Shown: positions 21,258 through 31,897, numbered from the stretch's first letter. The stretch: 64,000 bases of DNA from Thermoplasmata archaeon (GCA_034667725.1 JAXDQS010000003.1:32001-96000); one strand, 5' to 3'. Numbers and translations: made by a program. The notes: generated by a model from the sequence alone, not told the origin.

Positions 21258-21328
21258 GGGGGCCGGCCAGCAAAGGTTCAAGAGCGGCCGTTCACGATAC
21301 CGGCCGTCCTTCTCGGACGGTTGGTCGG

Positions 21329-23593
21329 ATGTCCATGCACCCTCGGAAACTCCTCTTGCTCGCGGCGGTCGCCGTGTTCGTCGGGGCCAGCGTCGCGCCG
21401 GCCGCCAACGCCTGGAGCGGGCTGGACGCGCCCTCGCCCTCCAAGTACGCCGGCGTCGACAGCGTCGGCACCTCGCTCCCGTGGGACGACTACACCAACC
21501 TGGTGGACCCGAACCCCGGCCTGGACTCCGACGGCGTCGTGACCCGCAGCACCTACTACCTGGTGTGCGAGTTCATGGTGGACCTCGGCTTCGACTTCAC
21601 CTACTACGGCAAGACCTACCGCAAGGCGGCCGTCTCGCCGTGGGGCTACATCCGCCCCGTGCCGGACACCGCCACCGCGACCTTCTGCTACAACTATTAC
21701 CCGTACTCCAAGCTCGGCACCGCTTCGCCCCCGGGCGCCATCGCCGGCCTGTGGACCTACTACGCCTACTACTACTCGGGCGGCACCATCACCGCGGGCA
21801 CCGTCGGCGCCCCGGGCGAGCGCGAGTTCGCCGTCCAGTACGACAAGATGCGCGAGGGCACCAGCCTGCAGTTCGCCACCTTCGAGATCCGGCTCTACGA
21901 GGCGGACAACCACATCGAGGTCCGCATCCGCGACGCCACCGTCGGCGTCGAGTACCCCTCGTACACCTACTCCTACTACACCGCCCAAGGCATCCAGGAC
22001 GGCGTCTACGGCGTCACCGGCGTGACCCGCGGCCTGGACAAGCAATACTCGGGCTACTGCTCGTGGTCCTCCTGGATGGGCGGCACCCCGCTCAAGTGCA
22101 AGCGCGTGTTCGACGACGTCCGCACCATCTACATGCCGGCGCCCCAGCTTGACTTCAAGGTCGAGCCCAAGCCGCCGTGCCCCGGCGAGGACGCCACCTT
22201 CACCGCGAAGTACCAGTCCCCGATCGGCCCGCCCCGGAAGGTCACCTGGAGCTTCGGCGAGGAGGGCGAGACCGCCATGCACCGCTTCCTCGACGGCCCC
22301 GCCGAGACCGAGGTCAAGATGACCGCGGAGTTCGACTACGGCTTCACCATGGACTGGGCCAAGAACGTCCACGTCAACGGCTGCAAGCCGCCGGTGGCCG
22401 TGTTCCGCGCCGACGTCTTCGGCACCGAGGGCGCCGTCAGCGACGAGTCCTACGACGTCGACGGCCGCGTCAAGACCTGGACCTGGGACTGGGGCGACGG
22501 CACCCCGAAGGTCCTCGGGCGCGTCCCGCCGGCCCACCCCTACACCGCCGAAGGCAGCTACGAGGTCCGCCTCACCGTCACCGACAACGAGGGCCTCTCC
22601 GGCACCTCCACCCAGGTCGTGCGCGTCAAGGCGGCCGCGGGCTACATCGGCCCCAAGCCGGTCGCCGACGCCGGCCCCGACCAGACCGTCCGCAACGGCG
22701 ACCGCGTCCAGCTCGACGGCTCCGGCGCCGACGCCAACCGCGCCGTCCGCGTCACCTGGACCCAGTTGTCGGGCCCGCTCGTCGACCTCGAGGCCGCCGA
22801 CACCGCGCGCCCCAGCTTCGTGCCGGCCGCGATCGCCGAGAACGCGCCCCAAGTCTACGGCTTCGCGCTGCAGATCTTCGACGGCTTCCGCACCTCCGAC
22901 CCCGACCTCGTCGTGGTCACCGTCGAGCCCCGCGTGCCGGTGCCGACCGCCGACGCCGGCGTGGACCTGCTGGTCCCGCCCGGCCTCCGCGTCGGCCTCG
23001 ACGCCTCCGGCTCCAAGGACGCCTTCGGCAACCCTCTCACCTACGCCTGGCGCCAGGTGGACGGCCCCAAGGTCGAGCTGCAGGACGCCGACCAGGTCGC
23101 CCCCAGCTTCGACGCCCCCAAGGCGACGGAGCCGGTCGAGCTGGTGTTCGAGGTCGTGGCCGCCAACTCCGAGGAGCGCTCCCTGCCCGACACCGTGAAG
23201 GTCGTCGTGCAGCCGCCGGTCGAGGCCAACGTCCAAGGCTTCACCCATCGCCCGGACTACGCCAGCGGCCTGAACGTCGTCCAGTTCCAGGCCACCGTCA
23301 AGGCGCTCGACGAGGCCACGTTCGAGTGGGACTTCGGCGACGGCACCGCCCCGCGCACCGGCCCCCTGGTCGAGCACGCCTACCAGGAAGCCGGCGCCTA
23401 CCCCGTCACGCTGCGCGTCAAGGGCGCCGGCCTCGAGCAGGTCTTCCAGGACAACGTCGAGGTCGCGCACGCCGAGGCGCCCGCCACGCCCGCCCTGGGC
23501 GCGCCGGCCGAGGCGCAGCCGAGCCCGGGCGTCGCCCCGCTGGCCGTCCTCGCCCTCTTGGCCCTGGCGGCCTTCGCGGCCCGGCGCCGGTGA
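21329..23593 (+). CDS. Surface protein 4: nidogen-like domain + PKD domains, PGF-CTERM-like tail
   Basis: 3' part of ORF 16868..23593. Signal peptide; LGFDFTYYG; WDWGDG and WDFGDG; tail SPGVAPLAVLALLALAAFAARRR. Confidence 0.85.
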   Translation: MSMHPRKLLLLAAVAVFVGASVAPAANAWSGLDAPSPSKYAGVDSVGTSLPWDDYTNLVDPNPGLDSDGVVTRSTYYLVCEFMVDLGFDFTYYGKTYRKAAVSPWGYIRPVPDTATATFCYNYYPYSKLGTASPPGAIAGLWTYYAYYYSGGTITAGTVGAPGEREFAVQYDKMREGTSLQFATFEIRLYEADNHIEVRIRDATVGVEYPSYTYSYYTAQGIQDGVYGVTGVTRGLDKQYSGYCSWSSWMGGTPLKCKRVFDDVRTIYMPAPQLDFKVEPKPPCPGEDATFTAKYQSPIGPPRKVTWSFGEEGETAMHRFLDGPAETEVKMTAEFDYGFTMDWAKNVHVNGCKPPVAVFRADVFGTEGAVSDESYDVDGRVKTWTWDWGDGTPKVLGRVPPAHPYTAEGSYEVRLTVTDNEGLSGTSTQVVRVKAAAGYIGPKPVADAGPDQTVRNGDRVQLDGSGADANRAVRVTWTQLSGPLVDLEAADTARPSFVPAAIAENAPQVYGFALQIFDGFRTSDPDLVVVTVEPRVPVPTADAGVDLLVPPGLRVGLDASGSKDAFGNPLTYAWRQVDGPKVELQDADQVAPSFDAPKATEPVELVFEVVAANSEERSLPDTVKVVVQPPVEANVQGFTHRPDYASGLNVVQFQATVKALDEATFEWDFGDGTAPRTGPLVEHAYQEAGAYPVTLRVKGAGLEQVFQDNVEVAHAEAPATPALGAPAEAQPSPGVAPLAVLALLALAAFAARRR

Positions 23594-23643
23594 GGCAGCC
23601 AGGCGCCGGCAGGTTCCTGAGGCCCGCGCGGCCTGCGCCGGCC

Positions 23644-24957
23644 ATGCGCATCGCCGCCCTTGCCTGCCTCGCCGCCCTCGCCCTTGCCGGGTGCACGGCC
23701 GACGACGGCCCCGCCACCACGCCGCCGCCGACCGACGAGGCGCCCAGCGCCCTCGACCGCCTGCGCGAGGCGATGGCCGGCGTGCCGTGCGACGTGCCGC
23801 CGCCGGCGGGCAACGAGAACACGGCCAACCTCAAGCTGCTGGCCACCATCCAAATCCCCGCCGAGGCCGACGGCATCCACGCCGAGCTGGACATCCGCGG
23901 CGACCTGGCCGTCCACGCCCGCTACGGCTCCGGCGGCTTCGAAATCTACGACATCTCCGACCCGCTGCGGCCGCTGCACCTCGGCAACTTCACCGAGGCC
24001 GACGGCGCCCTCGACGTCAAGTTCGGCCCGGACAACACCACGGTGTTCGTCGGCACCGGCGCCGGCATCACCATGGTGGACCTGCGCGACCCCTTCAACC
24101 CCGTCAAGTCCGGCGAGTGGCGGTTCACCGACGCCCAGGTCGCCACCGACCCGCTGCCGCGCGTCGGCGAGAACGCCCACATGTTCTACGCCAAGCGCAT
24201 CGCGGGCAAGGACTGGCTGTTCCTGGCGCCCAACTCCAACACCGGCGCGTGGGTCCTGGAGATCGGCGGCACCCCGGAGGCGCGGACCTTGACCTACCGC
24301 GCCCAGACCCTGCCCGTCCAAGGCGGCCCGCTCGGCCCCCACGACATCTACGTCCAGCAGGACGCGCTCGACGGCTCCTGGTACCTCTACTCCGCCGACG
24401 GCTTCCACGGCTGGACCGCGTTCAACGTGGACGACCCCGCCAGCCCCCAGCCCGCCGGCGGCTTCGTGAACCCCGCCGAGGGGGCCTACACCCACACCTT
24501 GCAGGCGGCGGCCGTGAACGGCAAACGCATCGTCGCCACCATCGCGGAGATCGGCGCCGACTTCCTGCGCCTCTACGACGCCACCAACCTCGCCGCCCCG
24601 GTCCTCGTGGGCGTCTGGCAGGCCGACACCACGCCGCAGGGCGCCTCCTCGCCGCAGCACAACCTGAACATCGCCAACGGCAGCCTCTACATCTCGTACT
24701 ACGGGCACGGGATGTACGTGTTCGACCTCGCGGCGGCCACCGCCGGCCCGTCCCTGCCGCTGGCCGGCAGCGCCACCCTGGCCCCGAGCGCCCACTGGTC
24801 GGTCCTCGGCGAGAACGTGGACCAAGGGTTCACCGGCTACTGGGACACCCTCGTCAAGGACGGCGTCGTCTATGTCAGCCACATCGAGGGCGGCCTCCTG
24901 GTGCTCGGCTACGGCTGCAACGCCCCAGGCGACCCGGCGGCCACCAGCGACGGATAA
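23644..24957 (+). CDS. LVIVD-repeat (beta-propeller) lipoprotein
   Basis: Lipobox LAGC; repeated IYDISDP, MVDLRDP, FNVDDP and LYDATN blades with His motifs. Confidence 0.8.
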   Translation: MRIAALACLAALALAGCTADDGPATTPPPTDEAPSALDRLREAMAGVPCDVPPPAGNENTANLKLLATIQIPAEADGIHAELDIRGDLAVHARYGSGGFEIYDISDPLRPLHLGNFTEADGALDVKFGPDNTTVFVGTGAGITMVDLRDPFNPVKSGEWRFTDAQVATDPLPRVGENAHMFYAKRIAGKDWLFLAPNSNTGAWVLEIGGTPEARTLTYRAQTLPVQGGPLGPHDIYVQQDALDGSWYLYSADGFHGWTAFNVDDPASPQPAGGFVNPAEGAYTHTLQAAAVNGKRIVATIAEIGADFLRLYDATNLAAPVLVGVWQADTTPQGASSPQHNLNIANGSLYISYYGHGMYVFDLAAATAGPSLPLAGSATLAPSAHWSVLGENVDQGFTGYWDTLVKDGVVYVSHIEGGLLVLGYGCNAPGDPAATSDG

Positions 24958-24982
24958 GCACCCCGTCCCGCGGGCGTCATGC

Positions 24983-24988
24983 TTTAAG
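24983..24988 (+). promoter_or_regulatory. TATA-like box (TTTAAG), probably leaderless transcript of the Lrp/AsnC gene
   Basis: AT-rich hexamer about 30 nt before ATG 25018; no SD motif. Confidence 0.55.
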
Positions 24989-25017
24989 CGGGGCCCCCAG
25001 CATCCACCGGCGCGAAC

Positions 25018-25251
25018 ATGGCCGTCGGATTCGTCCTCATCAGCGCCGCCCCGGGCAAGGAGCACGAGGTCTACAACACCCTCCTCAAGGTGAGCGAGAT
25101 CGTCGAGCTGCACCCCCTGTTCGGCGAGTACGACCTGATCGCCAAGCTCGAGGCCGCCGACTTCGACACGCTGGGCCACGTCATCGTCAACAAGATCCGC
25201 TCCATCGAGGGCGTCGTGGACACCAAGACGCTCACGGGCACCAAGTTCTAG
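25018..25251 (+). CDS. Stand-alone Lrp/AsnC ligand-binding (RAM) domain protein
   Basis: FVLI...LFGEYDLIAK...IRSIEGVVDTKTL; no HTH. Confidence 0.9.
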   Translation: MAVGFVLISAAPGKEHEVYNTLLKVSEIVELHPLFGEYDLIAKLEAADFDTLGHVIVNKIRSIEGVVDTKTLTGTKF

Positions 25252-25252
25252 C

Positions 25253-25558
25253 ATGGCCGGCCTCGTCTCCACCCTGCTCGCGAACCTGTTCCTGAGCTTC
25301 GCGGTCATGCTGCTGGTCGCCGGCCTGTTCGGCGCCTACTACGGCAAGGGCCGCAGCCGCAGCATCGGGGTCGCGGTCGCCATCCTCGCCGGCGTTTTGA
25401 TCGGCCTGTTCTGCGCCCTCACCTGGCCGCTCGTGCCAGGCCTGGAGCGCGTGTTCGACCCGCAGCTGGTGCTCACGAGCATGGCGGCGGTCGGCGGGGC
25501 GCTCTTGGGGGCGCTGGTGGCCGGCGGGCTGTACGTGTTGATCGTGGTGCGGAACTAG
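25253..25558 (+). CDS. Small membrane protein (about 3 TM)
   Basis: Hydrophobic 101-aa ORF 1 nt after the upstream stop. Confidence 0.7.
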   Translation: MAGLVSTLLANLFLSFAVMLLVAGLFGAYYGKGRSRSIGVAVAILAGVLIGLFCALTWPLVPGLERVFDPQLVLTSMAAVGGALLGALVAGGLYVLIVVRN

Positions 25559-25827
25559 CCGCTCCCGCGCACGTACCCACCCACACAGATTCCACAGACC
25601 GAAACGATCGTGGGTTCTGTGGAATCTGTGTCTCGTCGGGTGCGTCGGGCCGTCCATCCAACCCACTCACCCACCCCGCCCACCCACACAGATTCCACAG
25701 ACCGAAAACGATGGTGGATCTGTGTCTAGTCGGGCGAATCGGGCTGCCCACCCACGCACCCACACAGATTCCACAGACCGAAAACGATCATGGGGTTCTG
25801 TGGAATCTGTGTCTAGTGGGGGAGCGG
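25559..25827. repeat. Array of three palindromic REP/MITE-like units between convergent genes
   Basis: ACACAGATTCCACAGA...TCTGTGGAATCTGTGT: perfect 16-bp inverted repeats in unit 1 (25583-25631) and unit 3 (25762-25812); right arm partly deleted in unit 2 (25681-25734). Whole array flanked by CCGCTCCC / GGGAGCGG. Confidence 0.9.
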
Positions 25828-25832
25828 GTGGC

Positions 25833-27032
<1,200 letters not shown>

Positions 27033-27227
27033 GGGGGCCCGCAGGGCGGCCCGGGGTTCAAGGTTGCGAGCGGCGGCCCGGGCTTGCCGCGACCGCAAGC
27101 GCCGCGCCATCCGTCGGCCGGATTGTATGTTCCGCAGCGAAGATTCCTGAAAAGGGGCCATTTTTTGGGCAGGTCCGCGGAAACCGTAGCCAGCGCGTCG
27201 GGCAAAGGAGTCCCGCGACCACAAATC

Positions 27228-27233
27228 TTTAAG
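27228..27233 (+). promoter_or_regulatory. TATA-like box (TTTAAG) for the MoxR operon
   Basis: CAAATCTTTAAG about 29 nt upstream of ATG 27262. Confidence 0.55.
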
Positions 27234-27261
27234 TTGCCCCACAGGTGAGCGGTCGGTCGGC

Positions 27262-28254
27262 ATGGCAGAAACCTATCAGGTCCCCGTAGAACAGCTCGCC
27301 CGCTTCAAGCGGACCCATGACCACTTCAAGAAGATCGTCAACCAAGAGGTCGTCGGCTACGACGACGTCGTGACGGACCTCCTGATCGGCCTGCTCGGCA
27401 AGGGCCACGTCCTCTTGGAGGGCGTCCCCGGCACCGCCAAGACCACCACGGCCAAGTCGTTCAGCAACACCCTCGGCCTGTCGTTCAAGCGCCTCCAGTT
27501 CACCCAGGACCTGATGCCGCAGGACATCACCGGCTACAACATGCTGAACCCGGTGACCAAGAAGTTCGAGCTCCGCAAGGGCCCGGTCTTCACCAACTTC
27601 CTGCTGGCCGACGAGATCAACCGCGCCCCGCCCAAGACCCAGTCCGCCATGCTGGAGACCATGGAGGAGCGCCAGGTGTCCATCGAGGGCACGACGTTCC
27701 CCATGGACAGCCCGTTCATCGTGGTCGCCACCATGAACCCGGTCGACTCGGAGGGCGTGTACCGCCTGCCCGAGGCCCAGAAGGACCGCTTCATGATCCG
27801 CACCATCATGCACTACGTGGCCCCCGAGCTCGAGGAGCGCATGATCAAGATCAAGATCGCCGGCGGCAAGCTCAGCGCCGCCGACGGCTCCGACGGCGGC
27901 CGCCTCAAGATCGACTCGATCCGCGAGGGCATGAAGATGCGCGAGAAGATCTACATGGGCGACGAGACCGTCCGCTACCTCCAGCGCGTCGCGGCGGCCA
28001 CCCGCAACCACCCGGACATCCGCGTCGGCGCCTCGCCCCGCAGCATGACCCAGATGCTCAACGCCAGCCAGGCCTACGCCCTCATCTCGGGCCGCCCCTT
28101 CGTGCTGCCCTCCGATGTCAAGTACATCACGCCCAAGGTGCTCGGCCACCGCCTCATCATGAAGGTCGAGGCCGAGGCCAAGGGCAAGACCACGACGGAG
28201 ATCGTGAAGGAAGTCCTGGCCGCCATCCCTGAGCCCAAGGTCCTCGTGAAGTAG
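27262..28254 (+). CDS. MoxR-family AAA+ ATPase
   Basis: [50 protein letters not shown]. Confidence 0.95.
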   Translation: MAETYQVPVEQLARFKRTHDHFKKIVNQEVVGYDDVVTDLLIGLLGKGHVLLEGVPGTAKTTTAKSFSNTLGLSFKRLQFTQDLMPQDITGYNMLNPVTKKFELRKGPVFTNFLLADEINRAPPKTQSAMLETMEERQVSIEGTTFPMDSPFIVVATMNPVDSEGVYRLPEAQKDRFMIRTIMHYVAPELEERMIKIKIAGGKLSAADGSDGGRLKIDSIREGMKMREKIYMGDETVRYLQRVAAATRNHPDIRVGASPRSMTQMLNASQAYALISGRPFVLPSDVKYITPKVLGHRLIMKVEAEAKGKTTTEIVKEVLAAIPEPKVLVK

Positions 28255-28262
28255 GCGTCCCC

Positions 28263-30011
28263 ATGGACGAACCCACGCCTGACCCGACGCCGACCGGCCC
28301 GAAGCGGGTCATCGGGGGCCGCCCCGAGCTGCCGAAGGTCATCGGGCGCCCCGCCGTCGAGCCCAAGACCTTCAAGCCCGCCCCCATCCCCGCCGCCGGC
28401 GAAGCCGCGGCGACGTTCGAGGAGGTCGGCGAGGACGGCCAGCCCCTGGCACCCCTTGAGGGTCCCGCCCGCGTCACCGGCATGACGGTCGTGCCCGGCT
28501 CGCCCCGGCCGGCCGAGTCGGTCGACTTCGAGCACGCCTGCTGCAAGGCCGTCCGGCAGAACCCGGACGACCCCGACCCGCTCGGCTCCCCCGGCGAGCC
28601 CCAGCAGGAGCTCAAGAAGACCGAGCCGTTCCTCACCTGGCAGGGCCCCCTCAAGCCCACGGCCCGGTTCGGCATCGTGGCGGCCGTCGGCGGCGTCCTG
28701 TGCGCCGTCGCCGCCGTCCTGGGCGCCAGCGGCCTCGTGGTCGCGGCCCTCGCCACCAGCGCCGCCACCGCCTTGGTGCTGCTCTACATCATCGTGAGCG
28801 GCCTCGTCGCCTCCAGCGCCACCAAGCGCATCGCCATCCTGGCGACCCGCCACATCGTGGACCCCAAGCTGGAGCGCGGCAAGCTGTTCCACGCCACCCT
28901 CGACACCAGCGGCTCCGTCATCCCCGGCGCCGTCCGGGTCGAGATCACGGACCAGGTCGCCCCCGGCCTGCGCCCCGTCGAGCGCCCGCTTCTGACCGGC
29001 CCCGGGCGCGTCACGTACAAGGTCCGCCCCCAGGGCCGCGGCCTCCTGACGTTCGCCGGCCTCGACGTCGCCGTCACCTCGCGCGACGGCATGTGGGTCT
29101 CCGACCAGCAGTGGCAGCTCCGGACCACCGTCGAGGTCGAGTCCAGCACGGCCGGTGTGATGTGGAAGGCGCTCGTCACCGGCTACATCCCGTTCGACCA
29201 GTCGATGCCCAGCGCCATCGTCAAGCTCTACCGCGACATCGAGACCGAGGTCGTGCGCGAGATGGCCGCCGGCGACAAGATGCGCGACGTCAACTGGAAG
29301 TACTTCGCCCGGATGGGCAAGATGATCGTCCGCCAGCGCACCACCGAGGGCGAGACCACCATCCTGCTCGCCATCGACTGCACCCAGACGATGCTCATGG
29401 ACCAGGCCGGCTACCGCAACCTCGACATGGCCGTCGAGATCGCGCACGAGATGGCCGAGGCCGGGCTGCGGCGCAACCACGAGTGCGGCATCCTCGCCTT
29501 CAACGAGGCGCGCATCCTCGACCACGTGCGCCCCACCCGCGCCAAGATCCAGATCAAGCGCATCACCAAGCACCTCCAGAACCTCGCCAACCACCACCTC
29601 CCGGAGGAGGGCGAGGACCCCGTGGAGATCCTCATCGCCGGCGACCCGGAGAACCTGCGCCTCGGCATGGGCCAAGGCTTCAAGCAGCGCAACACCGCCA
29701 GCCTGACAATGATCTTCTTCACCGACCTGCAGGGCACGCCCGACGAGGTCATCCAGACCGTCAGCAAGGCCGCCCAGTCCGGCACCCGCGTCGTGATCAT
29801 GCTGCTGCCCGGCCCCAAGCTCAAGCCCGTGGCCGGCGGCAAGAAGGCCATCGACTACACGCTGCGCAGCGTCGCGCACACCAACAAGATGCGCGAGCTC
29901 TTGATCGCCAACGGCTGCGAGTTCACCGAGGTCAACCCGACCCCGGACGACTTCAAGCTCGAGGCGGAGCTGCCGGAAGGGTTCGAGGACCAGGCCGAGG
30001 CGCAGGCGTAG
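28263..30011 (+). CDS. DUF58-domain (VWA-like) membrane protein, MoxR partner
   Basis: VREMAAGDKMRDVNWKYFAR motif, two TM helices, directly downstream of MoxR. Confidence 0.85.
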   Translation: MDEPTPDPTPTGPKRVIGGRPELPKVIGRPAVEPKTFKPAPIPAAGEAAATFEEVGEDGQPLAPLEGPARVTGMTVVPGSPRPAESVDFEHACCKAVRQNPDDPDPLGSPGEPQQELKKTEPFLTWQGPLKPTARFGIVAAVGGVLCAVAAVLGASGLVVAALATSAATALVLLYIIVSGLVASSATKRIAILATRHIVDPKLERGKLFHATLDTSGSVIPGAVRVEITDQVAPGLRPVERPLLTGPGRVTYKVRPQGRGLLTFAGLDVAVTSRDGMWVSDQQWQLRTTVEVESSTAGVMWKALVTGYIPFDQSMPSAIVKLYRDIETEVVREMAAGDKMRDVNWKYFARMGKMIVRQRTTEGETTILLAIDCTQTMLMDQAGYRNLDMAVEIAHEMAEAGLRRNHECGILAFNEARILDHVRPTRAKIQIKRITKHLQNLANHHLPEEGEDPVEILIAGDPENLRLGMGQGFKQRNTASLTMIFFTDLQGTPDEVIQTVSKAAQSGTRVVIMLLPGPKLKPVAGGKKAIDYTLRSVAHTNKMRELLIANGCEFTEVNPTPDDFKLEAELPEGFEDQAEAQA

Positions 30012-30133
30012 CCGCTCCCACGGGCCGCAGAACCCGGGATCACACGAATTCCACGAACGAAGATTCCACAGACCCGGACTTTTGGAGCGGGCGGGGCCAG
30101 GAACAAAATTCCATGATTTCTGTGGGAATCTTC
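30012..30133. repeat. Degenerate copy of the 25.6-kb palindromic element
   Basis: Starts TAG|CCGCTCCC like the first array; contains ACACGAATTCCACGAA, GAAGATTCCACAGACC and the near-inverted TTCTGTGGGAATCTTC; lies between convergent genes. Confidence 0.7.
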
Positions 30134-30188
30134 CGAAATTGCCGCATTTGTCCAAGCGGGGAGAAGGGGAGAAGTCGGGCGCTCCGGC

Positions 30189-30662
30189 CTACGTCTGGCA
30201 CACGGTCCCGGTCGCGGCGCCCTGCACCGTCAGGATGGCCGTCTGGGCCTGTCCATTGTTGACATGGTCGCAGTGGGGCGAGGTGGAGGCGATCTCGAAG
30301 TCCACGCCGTCGCTGCAGGTGGTCTGGAGGCTGCCGATGGGGACGTTGGGGCAGTTCAGCGAGTAGTGCCCGCCGCTGGCCTGCGCGTCCAGGCCGAGGC
30401 CCGGGATGAGCGTCGAGGCGAACAGGTCGTACGAAATCGCGTAACAGAACTCGCCGCTGGGCACGGTGGTCCCGCGCGAGGTACAGTAGGCGTTGGTCTG
30501 GCGCGAGATCACGATGGTGACGGTGACGCACAGCAGCGGCAGCACGCCGTCGACGGGGGCGCACATGCCGTCGGTCTTGACCACGGCGGTCGCGGGCGGC
30601 ACCATGACGATCAGCAGCGATACGACCGCCGCGGCGGCGAATGTCTTTTTGGGGGCAATCAT
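30189..30662 (-). CDS. Small secreted Cys-rich protein
   Basis: Signal peptide MIAPKKTFAAAAVVSLLIVMVPPATA; 8 Cys in the mature part; pyrimidine tract after the stop. Confidence 0.7.
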   Translation of the reverse strand: MIAPKKTFAAAAVVSLLIVMVPPATAVVKTDGMCAPVDGVLPLLCVTVTIVISRQTNAYCTSRGTTVPSGEFCYAISYDLFASTLIPGLGLDAQASGGHYSLNCPNVPIGSLQTTCSDGVDFEIASTSPHCDHVNNGQAQTAILTVQGAATGTVCQT

Positions 30663-30736
30663 GGGTTTCACATGCCGGCGGACCGGCCGCCCGAAAGAGG
30701 AAGCCCGGCGCATCAGCCTTGTGGCCGATCGGGGCC

Positions 30737-31135
30737 TCATGGGACATAACCTGGGCACAGGCAGCCCTTCACCTTGCACGGTCCCATGCCCATGGCGCCG
30801 CGCCGGTTGCCGGTGAAGTGGGCCTCGCTGGCGGAGGAGCGGGCGTGGCCGCAGCCCGACCGCTGGCAGCGCTGCCCTGGCCCCATCGCGGTGCGCCGCC
30901 GCGGCGGCGCGCACGCGCTGGGGGCCTCGTGGCGCTGCGCCTCGCGCCAGGGCTCGGCGAAGCCGCCGTGGCGCCGTGCGACGGCGTGCGCTTCCTGGAG
31001 GGCGCGGAACGGCTGGGCGATGCCGAGGCAGGCGGTCCAGACGTCGCGGCCGTGGTCGCTGCAGTAGAGCCGGTCGCCGGGGCGCAGCTCGAGGACGGCG
31101 ACGTAGGCGTCGGCGGGGAGGTCGAGGGCGGGCAC
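30737..31135 (-). CDS. Small hypothetical protein with C-terminal Cys/His cluster (possible Zn finger)
   Basis: C-terminus CQRSGCGH...H...CKVKGCLC; GTG 31135 preceded by GAGG. Alternative start ATG 30886 gives 49 aa. Confidence 0.4.
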   Translation of the reverse strand: MPALDLPADAYVAVLELRPGDRLYCSDHGRDVWTACLGIAQPFRALQEAHAVARRHGGFAEPWREAQRHEAPSACAPPRRRTAMGPGQRCQRSGCGHARSSASEAHFTGNRRGAMGMGPCKVKGCLCPGYVP

Positions 31136-31216
31136 GGTTTCCTCATGAGCGGGCAAAGGTCTTGCGGGTTTGGCGGAGGACGGCGAAGCCTTCACACGCC
31201 TCCTGCATGGCGGCTT

Positions 31217-31897
31217 GTGGCTGGCGCCGAACCCAAGGACCGCCTCGTGGACGCCTGCGACGCCCTGGCGAGCCCCACCCGGATCGCGCTGCTGCGGCAA
31301 CTGCGCATCCCGCAGTCGCTCGCCAACATCGAGGTGCGGCCGGCGGAGGGCGGCGAGCGCAACATCGCGCGCCAGGTCGTGCGCCGCCACCTCGACCGCC
31401 TGATGGAGGCCGGCCTGGTGCGCAGCCGCCCAGGCCCGACGCCGCGCTCGCTCGAGTTCGTGCTCGACAACCAAGCCATTTACGCCGTCGCCGAGGGCCT
31501 CTTGGACCTCGCGCGGCTGCGGCCCGCCGTCGAGCCGTCCGCGCCCACCATCCTCGCCAGCCCGCCGTCGCGGCCCGTCCACGAGGGCCCTATGCTGCTC
31601 CTGGTGCGCGGCCTGGAGCCCGGCACGCCCTACCCGCTGGGCGAGCCCGGCGCCACCGGCGGCTGGGTCATCGGGCGCCGCCGCAGCCACGCCGTGGCGC
31701 TCGACTTCGACCCGTTCGTCAGCTCCGACAACGCCCGCCTGACCCGGCAGGGCCCGGCCGTCGCCATCGAGGACATCCCCGGCAGCCGCAACGGCACCAC
31801 GGTCAACTTCCGCCGGCTCGCGCCCGACGAGCGCGTGGTGCTGCGCCACGGCGACGTGGTGGGCGTCGGCCGCAGCCTGCTCCTCTACCGGGCGTGA
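31217..31897 (+). CDS. ArsR-like winged-HTH + FHA domain transcriptional regulator
   Basis: ALASPTRIALL...VRRHLDRLMEAGLV (wHTH); IGRR...VSSDNARL...SRNGTTVN...LRHGDVVGVG (FHA). Start inferred. Confidence 0.85.
   Translation: MAGAEPKDRLVDACDALASPTRIALLRQLRIPQSLANIEVRPAEGGERNIARQVVRRHLDRLMEAGLVRSRPGPTPRSLEFVLDNQAIYAVAEGLLDLARLRPAVEPSAPTILASPPSRPVHEGPMLLLVRGLEPGTPYPLGEPGATGGWVIGRRRSHAVALDFDPFVSSDNARLTRQGPAVAIEDIPGSRNGTTVNFRRLAPDERVVLRHGDVVGVGRSLLLYRA

Noticed and set aside
16868-21328. 5' part of the 2241-aa ORF and other giant Arg/Pro/Ala-rich or antisense ORFs (e.g. 16746..21281, 38053..41517, 58703..62065)
   Set aside because: Stop-poor shadow frames of genuine high-GC genes, low complexity and without motifs.
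9703-23593. Diversity-generating retroelement or shufflon acting on the surface proteins
   Set aside because: No reverse transcriptase, recombinase, or near-identical template/variable repeat pair was seen.
25559-25827. CRISPR array
   Set aside because: Units are about 55-60 bp, linkers are unequal (40 and 22 nt) and similar to each other, and there is no leader or cas gene in the window.
27160-27225. Possible c-di-GMP-type riboswitch (GGCAAA and GAAA hairpin)
   Set aside because: Element order and pairing do not fit, and it lies upstream of the probable MoxR TATA box.
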